A program made the position numbers and the translations under genes. From Octopus vulgaris (taxonomy: Eukaryota), in the NCBI GenBank assembly GCA_951406725.2, contig OX597836.1, forward strand, positions 26,784,001 through 26,848,000: a DNA stretch of 64,000 bases. The letters are read 5' to 3'. The notes beneath the pieces were generated by a model that was not told where the DNA came from, did not search any database, and saw only the letters and a program-made list of their open reading frames with translations. Shown here piece after piece: positions 54,506 through 64,000 of this stretch (the stretch's first letter is position 1; each line of letters starts with the position of its first letter).

Positions 54506-55901
54506 TGATTTATATATGCCCATGCCTATATATATATATATATATAGGCATGTAAAAACACCCACTACACTCTTGGAGTGGTTGGCATTAGGAAGGGCAT
54601 CCAGTTGTAGAAACCTTGCCAGATGAGATTGGAGCTGGTGCAGCCTACTGACTTGCTAGTTCTCAGTCAAACAGTCCAACCCATGCCTGCATGGAAAGTG
54701 GACATGAAATGACGATGGTGATGATGATGATGATGTATATCTATATGTAAACTGAAAAAATCTGGCACTTGGTTGGTTACAAAGATGAAAGTTCCAGTTG
54801 ATGTGATCAGCAGAATTTGCAAGCGGCTGAATGCACCGCAGACACGCATACTCTTAATGTAGTTCTCAGGGAGATTCAGCATATCACAGAATGTGACAAG
54901 AATGTGTATAATGCAGTGAAGGTAACATTGTGAGTTCAAATTCCGCCGAGGTTGACTTTGCCTTTCATCCTTTCGGGGTCGAAAAATTAAGTACTAGTTC
55001 CACACTGGGGTCGATGTAATCGACTTAATACCTGTCTGTCCTTGTTTGTTCCCTCTATGTTTAGCCCCTTGTGGGTAATAAAGAAATAGGTAAAGTGGAG
55101 TGTATACAGTGTGATGAAATTAAAAGACTGTGGGTATAAAAAGATATATAATGCAGTGAAATTAAGTGAGTGGGTGTATATAGTGTGGTAATAAGCAAAC
55201 AACGAGAGAAGCAAATGAGTTCAACTGAAAGAGGTATTAATAGTTTCATGCTTTTATGAAACCTGAGCAGGCATATTTTAAAAATATGTTGTGTATCTTA
55301 AAGCAATCTTTCAGGCTCTGTTTATGCATTATATATGTTCTAAAAGCAAGGCTGCTGGTCAGTAAGAAAATAAGAGAAATGTGGAAAAACATGAAGAGGG
55401 TTGGTGCAAAAAATGGAACTATTTCTCTCTCTCTCTCTCTCTTTATATATATATATATATATTTATAGAAATTTGTATATTTATATTCGTAATGTGAATA
55501 CAATTATAAAGCTCTCTACTCTCTTTCTGTGTTTGTCTGTCAGGAAACAACGGGAAAATGAGTGATAAGAATTGTAAAATCCATCAATAAATTTGTATTT
55601 TGGCCTGAAGTGTGGATTACAGAGATATCAGTTGTGGGGGTGGTTTGGTTTATTTGAACTGGTAATGTATACGTGTGTGTGTGTATATCTGTATGAGTTT
55701 GGCTTGTGTGTGTGTGTATGTGTGTATCTATATGAGTGTTTGGGTTATTAGTGGAGAAAATAAGTGTAATAAAATCGATGGTTAATCCTGTATCTGGATT
55801 GAACATAATAAACACTATATTTCAATGTATTGAGTTCTACCTGGTTTGAAAATATTCACCTTGCACACACTTCTCAACAAACATATGCATATTGATATAA
55901 A

Positions 55902-55976
<75 letters not shown>

Positions 55977-56362
55977 ATATATATATATATTTTAACTCTA
56001 CAAAATTAGAAAATGGAGAAACATACTTAAATCAATCAAACATCAACCAACAGATGATACCCAATCAATACTTTATTACACCATTACATAACAGTAAAGG
56101 CATTATACAAAATACACTGTAAATATAATTAGACAAGGAAATAGAAATATAAAATATAAAATATAATATGTAATTATATCATATCTGACAGCTGTTTCGG
56201 CAGTAAGGGCAATCATGCCTCCTCTCTAGCAGTATATTGGATATATGTTATCCCATGGTGGGTTGAATTTTCAATCCCTATCTCATTTTATATATATATT
56301 TATATATATATGTATATATATATATATGTATGTATGTATATGTATATATATATGTATGTATG

Positions 56363-56405
<43 letters not shown>

Positions 56406-56707
56406 CTGTATGTATATATTTATGTATATATGTATATATATATGTATATATATGTATATATGTATATATATATATGTATATATGTATGTATATATATATG
56501 TATATATGTATGTATATATCTCGAAACGTTAAAGACTTGTTTTATTTATATTTCCTGAGCGGCATACTAATACAATTGTTCGTTTGTTTTCCACCTGCCT
56601 TCGTCTTTTGTCTAGTTTTATAAAGCTTCCCGTTATATATATGTATATATGTATATTAATATATTCTGTACAATCTTCGTTCAATTCCATTTCTTCCATT
56701 CACTAAT

Positions 56708-56738
<31 letters not shown>

Positions 56739-57006
56739 GTGCGGGTGGCACGTAAAAAGCACTCACTACACTCACGGAGTGGTTGGCGTTAGGAAAGGCA
56801 TCCAGCCGTAGAAACACTGCCAGATCAGACTGGGCCTGATGCAGCCTTCTGGCTTCACAGACCCCAGTTGAACCGTCCAACCCATGCTAGCATGGAAAAG
56901 CAGACGCTAAATGATGATGATGATATATGTATACAAAATAAGAAAATGGAGAAATATATCTAAATCATTCATCAACTATCAGATAATACCGAATCATATA
57001 TATATG

Positions 57007-57083
<77 letters not shown>

Positions 57084-57444
57084 ATATATATGTATATCTA
57101 TATATGTATATACAGGTGGTGTAGACAACGAACAGATGTATTAGTATGACGCTCGGGAAGTGAAAAAGTCTTTCACGCTCTTCCACAGAAAGAAACAAGG
57201 AGAGAAAATAAAGAGTGTGTAGTGGCTAGTGATATGCCTACACATATGAAGGGGTGTTGAAAAGTTCCTGGCATTGGGCAAAAGAAAATAAATATTCTAT
57301 TCAACATATTCTCCTCTCAGATTCACACACTTATTGCAGTGGTACTTCATATTTTTCTAAGCCCTGTAAAAGAACTTGGAAAGTTGGAACTCCAACCAGG
57401 CCTTTCATGATACCGTTAAAGCCAGGAATTTTTCAGCACCTCAT

Positions 57445-57487
<43 letters not shown>

Positions 57488-58204
57488 GTACATACATAAC
57501 ACACCATCAACATGAACATTTAACGTACATACATACACACAGGAGTGGCTGTGTGGTAAGTAGCTTACTTACCAACCACATGGTTCTGGGTTCAGTCCCA
57601 CTGTGAGGCACCTTGGGCAAGTGTCTTCTACTATAGCCTCGGGCCGATCAAAGCCTTGTGGGTGGATTTGGTAGACGGAAACTGAAAGAAGCATATAAAC
57701 ATATGTATATGTTTATATACGCGTGTGTGTGTTTGCCCCCCCAACATCGCTTGACAACCAATGGTGGTGTGTTTACGTCTCCGTAACTTAGCAGCTCGGG
57801 AAAAGAGACCGATAGAATAAGTACTAGGCTTACAAAGAATAAGTCCTGGGGTCGATTTGCTCGACTAAAAGGCAGTGCTCCAGCATGGCCGCAGTCAAAT
57901 AACTGAAACAAGTAAAAGAGTAAGGAGTGAAGGAGTATATACATACATACATGCCTACATAGAAAACTACGTGCATATATGCATAGATATCTGCATACAT
58001 ACAATAGCTCACTATATTTTCATGTAATTTATCTGTCATACACTTGTCATTTCTCGCCTGATACACCACTCCTGATACTATTACTGTAATAATGGTGATA
58101 GATGCACACACAAACAAACATATGTATACACAGACATACATGAACATAAATACATAAATGTGTCCACACACACTCCCACATGTTTACATTTGTTTGTGTG
58201 TGTG

Positions 58205-58570
<366 letters not shown>

Positions 58571-58956
58571 ATATATTTATATATATGTATATATGTATAT
58601 AAATACACACACATACGCACACACACATACATATATATAGACACATATACATATTTATATATATATATACATTTATACAGATTTGGTATTTTTAAATTTA
58701 GGTTTCATATTTTTGTGTTCTGTGAGCCATGATAACTGTCAACAATTCCACTTGTAGCAGATTCCTTGTTTCTGGTTTATTTTGCTGATGAAGGAAATAG
58801 AAATGTATCAGAGATTCAATAACACACACACCCACACACACACACATGTATGTTTATAAGTTTACAATCTTTTGATATATATCTATCTATCTATCTATAT
58901 ATCTATACATATCTATCTATCTACCTACCTACCTACCTACCTACCTACCTACCTAC

Positions 58957-59066
<110 letters not shown>

Positions 59067-59075
59067 ATCTATCTA

Positions 59076-59110
<35 letters not shown>

Positions 59111-59377
59111 TGTATCTAATTGTACGAGTTATTAAAATGATTGAATAAAGTGTGAATATCACTAAATTGTAGAAGAAAACATTAAAAATGCATATCTATG
59201 AAAAGCCGTTAATTATAAAAATATGAAATAGTTTTGAGTGAAAATCTATGTTGGAAATGAGTGTAGAAAATACCATGTGTTTGTGTGTGTGGGCAGAAAA
59301 AAATTGAAGTACATTTAAAAATGTGTGTGTGTGTACTTATATACGCTTGTAATACCTATATGTATTACCACTATCAT

Positions 59378-59434
<57 letters not shown>

Positions 59435-59594
59435 TGTCACCATTTAATGTTGGTGACACACAAATATATAATCATAAAAACATAAAACATATACATTTAC
59501 ATACACACACACAACATACACACACATATATATATAGGTGAGACTATATATATATAGGTGAGATTATATATACATGTATATATATATATATATA

Positions 59595-60478
59595 TTGGGT
59601 CATCCCATAAATGCGGATTTTTTATACGTCGTTTATCTTTTCAAAATTAAGGTAAACAAAGTTCTTCTTTAATCTAAAATATACTCTCCTTCATTTTCTA
59701 CAAGGCTCTTCTTCCAAAATTCACTTGTCCACGATGAAAAATACTCCTCCACTACTGTTCTGACCTTGTCTACAGAATTCATATTTTTTCCATCCATCCA
59801 AATGATTTTGAAGACTGCGGAATATAAGATATTCAGATGGGGCAATGTTCAGCGAATATGGTGGGTGGGGCATCGTTTCCCATTCAAACTGCCCCAACCT
59901 TTGGAATGTCATCCTCAGTGTATGTGGCCGAGTATTATCCTGATGGAAGGAAACCTTTTGTCTTGAAACCAAAGATGGTCATTTTCCTTCTAGTGCTAAT
60001 TTGAATAATTGGTTGAATGACCAAATCCAAGCTTCTCTGCTGGTTCTTCAACAGTTACAATGGGATTTTGTTCTACCAGGATGTCCTCATCAAGCTCTTC
60101 AGATCTTTCAGGATGAGGCTCATCTTCTAAGCTGTAGTTTCTGGCTCGATATTTCTCGAACCACCATTGACACTGGCTTACATTAATTGTCCGATCCCCA
60201 TATACTGCATTTACTATTCCTCGCACTTTCTATTGCATTGTTGCCTTTATTGAACCCATAAATCAAAATATACTGAACATGCTCCTTTGTCACTTCCATT
60301 GTAGCTTAAAAAAATAACTTAAAATTGAACTGCACTCTTCAAAATTTGCACTAAGAGTAAGCACAAGGTAAAATTACTACCTGCTTTTATAGCAAGTTGA
60401 TGCAGGTAGTTTATCCCACCTCACTCTGACTTTAAGTTCATGCAACTGAAAAACCGCATTATTTATGGAATGACCCAA
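59595..60478 (-). mobile_element. Internally deleted, degenerate mariner of a second family (884 bp)
   Basis: TIR TTGGGTCATCCCATAAAT.. / ..ATTTATGGAATGACCCAA; minus-strand HTH fragment plus HQDNTRPH and HPPYSLNIAPSEY; the first catalytic Asp region is missing. Confidence 0.88.
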
Positions 60479-60506
60479 TGTATATATATATATATATATA
60501 TGCATA

Positions 60507-60817
<311 letters not shown>

Positions 60818-60847
60818 GTATATATATATATATATATTATATATATA

Positions 60848-60897
<50 letters not shown>

Positions 60898-62216
60898 GTA
60901 TATGTATATATATTATATATATAGCATGAATGAACTTACTTCAAACTATATTTGAACTTTAAAGATGTCTGACTCCGTTGTGTATTATAAATGAATTTCT
61001 TGTGTTTGACGGCATGAGCTGTCTTTTTTTATATATAACTCTTTTTGATAAGGTTCATTTCAGGAACTGAAACATGTTATAATGTATATATAAAAAAAAA
61101 AAATTGTATAATATAGCAGCATTTTCGAACTTCATTTTTTACAAATATATATATATAGGGAGAGTTTATGAAAAAGACAAAAAACGAAGACAGGTGGTGT
61201 ACAAAACAAACAGATGTATTAGTATAACACTCAGGAATAGAAAAAAGTCTTTACCAACGTTTTATTATTTTCAGTGAAATTTCAATGACATTATCATCAT
61301 CACAACCACCATCATCGTCGTCACTATTTTATTCCTTATCAGTGTTAAATTAAAATTCATAATTAAGGTAAAAAAAAAATGATAGATAGACAGAATGGAA
61401 TAAACGGAGCAGGATGATAGATGCTGAGAGAAAAAGTTGCCGAAGAGGTCACAGATGTGTGACAAAAGATTTCCAGACAATGGGTATAAGATAGATTTCT
61501 TTATTGGCCAGACAAGGCTGAACACAGAAGGGGCAAAATACAAAGTATAGCTTTTCTTTTGGGAAAAAGAGAAGGAAAAAAATGGGGGTCGAATTCCCAT
61601 CAAAAGGGATCATGAAAAGAAAGAAAAAAAATGGGGCTCAATCAGGATAAAATAAGAACAGTAATAAACAAGTGAGTAACGAATATATAGTGTGTTTACT
61701 TAGCAATATATATATATTTTTTTCTCTCCTTGTTTTTTCTGTGTCCCTTTCTGTAGAAGAGCGTAGGCTCGAAATGTAAAAGACTTTTTCTATTCCTGAG
61801 CGTTATACTAATACATCAGTTTGTTTTGTACACCACCTGTCTTGTCTTTTGTTTTTTTTGTAAACTCTCCCTATATATATATATATATATATATGACAAC
61901 AAAAATTGAGGAGTTTTACATTAATAGGGAGTGTGGCAGTAATTCCTAATGAAAGCTGAAACTAACCCTAATCCACCCCATCTCACACTTCTTACCACAT
62001 TAACTATTCTGGGTGAATAATTAATTATTAACCCATTACCATCTGGAATACTCTGTCAAATGTAATCTTTATTCTCATTGTTTTGAATTAATCAGACATT
62101 ATCTTGTAGCTTTGAGATTTCAATGATGTGATTGTTTATACTTTAGAATAACATTGTAGGGTAGGTGTGAGAAGCTTGATCTGACCAGTTTGAACACAAA
62201 ACAGGTAGAGTATTTT

Positions 62217-62642
62217 GGGTCTTTTCGGTTTGAATGGCAGTTTTTTCTAGCAGTGTTATATGTAATTGTCACCCATAATTATGACCCTAGTATCGATCTA
62301 TTGCATTTCAATCTGTTTTAGGGTTAGGGTTAGTTTGAGTTAGGGATGGGGGAAAGGTATCTTTTTTTCTTCACAAATGTAAATAAACCCAATCTGTTTC
62401 TTAAACGAGGGACATATTCATACGGCACAGAATGTCTTCACCTCAATAGACGTCATTGATTAGTTGAAATTGCAGAAATTGAAGAAAAACAACAACAAAT
62501 ATCTTACAAACTATAGAATTTTCTCAATAAAGCCAAGAGAAAAAAATGTTTTATAAACACATTCTATCAGTATACGAAGTTTAAAAGTGTTTAGTTACGT
62601 GGAAATTATTTTAAAATACTGCCGGTCAAACTGAAAAGATCC
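62217..62642. mobile_element. Merlin-like MITE nested in a piggyBac-type MITE
   Basis: 8-bp TSD AGTATTTT (62209-62216, 62643-62650); 25-bp TIR, 21/25 match, GG...CC termini. Confidence 0.7.
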
Positions 62643-63424
62643 AGTATTTTTATGTTAGATGTGGCCAGTTTAAATGCTAAAGGGTAGAAGTTGACCTAAT
62701 ACTACCCTGATAGCCACGTCTCACACCAGATACCTCACTAGTCTATTCAGGGTGTGTAGCATGTTTAGCACTGAACCTGGAACCATGTGGATGTGAAGCA
62801 AACTTCTCATCACACAACTAAATGCCTACCCTTTGCCTTAACAATATATATCTCCTTTTTCTTTTAATGAAGTAAATGTTTTAGCATTTTTAAATGTAAA
62901 TTATAAGGATATCATTTCGAAATAAATAAAAAGACTCTTGCAATTATATTAGAAGGTCCCCCAGCCTAGATGCATGTCCAGGTAAGGCTGAATAATGGGA
63001 ATATATTTGATTTTCTGAGGCGAAGCCACTTTTACAAGCCTCAGCGTATATATGTACGTGTATGTACACACACACACGTATGGATTTGTCCATGTATACA
63101 GGCATAACTCGGCTTAAGTCGTTTTGATTCAAATCGTTCTCGATTATATGTCGGTTTCAAAAATAATATATAGAAAAATAAAAATCAAGCTAAGTCATTT
63201 TACATGACTTTACGTCTGCCCACCACAAATATTTGAGACGTAAAATCACTAGAAAAACCGTTAAAAGCACATAAAATCACGTTACTGTACAATAAATAAG
63301 AATAAAATCATATAAAAATCATATTAAAATACGTACACTAAAATAGGTTTTTATTAACAATGTATTATTGAAAATACATTCATTCATAAATAAAGTACAG
63401 AACTGGGAATGGTTATTATCGGTT

Positions 63425-63500
63425 TAGCCTAGAGACAAGTAAATTCGGCCAGGCCTAGCCTAGAGACAAGTAAATTCGGCCTGGCGTAGCCTAGAGACAA
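63425..63500. repeat. 31-bp tandem repeat, ~2.4 copies
   Basis: TAGCCTAGAGACAAGTAAATTCGGCC(A/T)GGC units start at 63425, 63456 and 63487. Confidence 0.9.
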
Positions 63501-63761
63501 ATTAATTTAAGTCGTGTCTTCTGGAACGATGTAGGGTGAGGTATGCCTGTTTATGCAAGCACATGTATATCGTTAGGAGGAGATATATCAGAAAGCAAAC
63601 GGTTTGTTTTTCACGAGAAATGTCTGCACACGATTCATTAGTTTCTTGTCCATCTTTCCTTTACGATTGGCTGAGAGTTTCTTCTGCCTGCCCGTCTGTC
63701 TGCCTGTTGGTCTCCCTGTTTATTTGCCTGCCTATCTCTTTGTTTGTCTGTCTGTTTGTCT

Positions 63762-64000
63762 TATAATAATAATAAACATTGTGTACAGTGCTCAGGTGCA
63801 CTACAACTCATCTGAAGTGCATATATAATCAGGTGTAGTTTCGACGGATTTCGGAAAGCATGAGGGCCTTAAAGGATGCAGTGTCATGGCAGTCAACAAC
63901 TGACGCAGGCAGTTTATTCCATGCTTCAGCAACTCTGAGCGTGAAAAAATGTTTCCGAAAGTCATGGGAGCTGTGTTGTTTTCTGACTTTGTAGGCATGT
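63762..64000 (-). mobile_element. CR1-clade LINE 3' end (runs off the window); related 3'UTR piece at ~24155-24325
   Basis: Minus frame HAYKVRKQHSSHDFRKHFFTLRVAEAWNKLPASVV; (ATT)n tail. Confidence 0.8.

Noticed and set aside
56184-56230. Hammerhead ribozyme (GAAACAGCTGTC half on the minus strand)
   Set aside because: No CTGANGA box at a suitable distance; at most a Penelope-like remnant.

Overview
AT-rich eukaryotic genomic DNA, densely packed with tRNA-derived SINEs, MITEs, LINE 3' ends and very long microsatellites. The repeat repertoire looks like an octopus (coleoid cephalopod) genome; this is an inference from repeat style, not a database match. Nearly all listed ORFs are repeat artefacts. 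One real protein-coding gene can be assembled by hand on the + strand from six phase-compatible GT-AG exons (9609-10730, 26951-27032, 29238-29329, 30496-30644, 32818-33094, 34617-35756; 2862 nt, 953 aa). It fuses an N-terminal Crypton-type tyrosine-recombinase (DUF3504-like) domain to a ZBTB/Kelch-type BTB/POZ domain and a disordered Q/S-rich tail. The recombinase domain keeps R, HxxR and Y but has His->Gln in box II. This looks like a domesticated transposon recombinase convergent on the architecture of vertebrate KCTD1. The rest of the window holds two mariner relics, a hAT transposase relic, piggyBac-, hAT- and Merlin-like MITEs, a non-autonomous Helitron, RTE and CR1 fragments, Penelope-like hammerhead remnants, and several local direct and inverted duplications.
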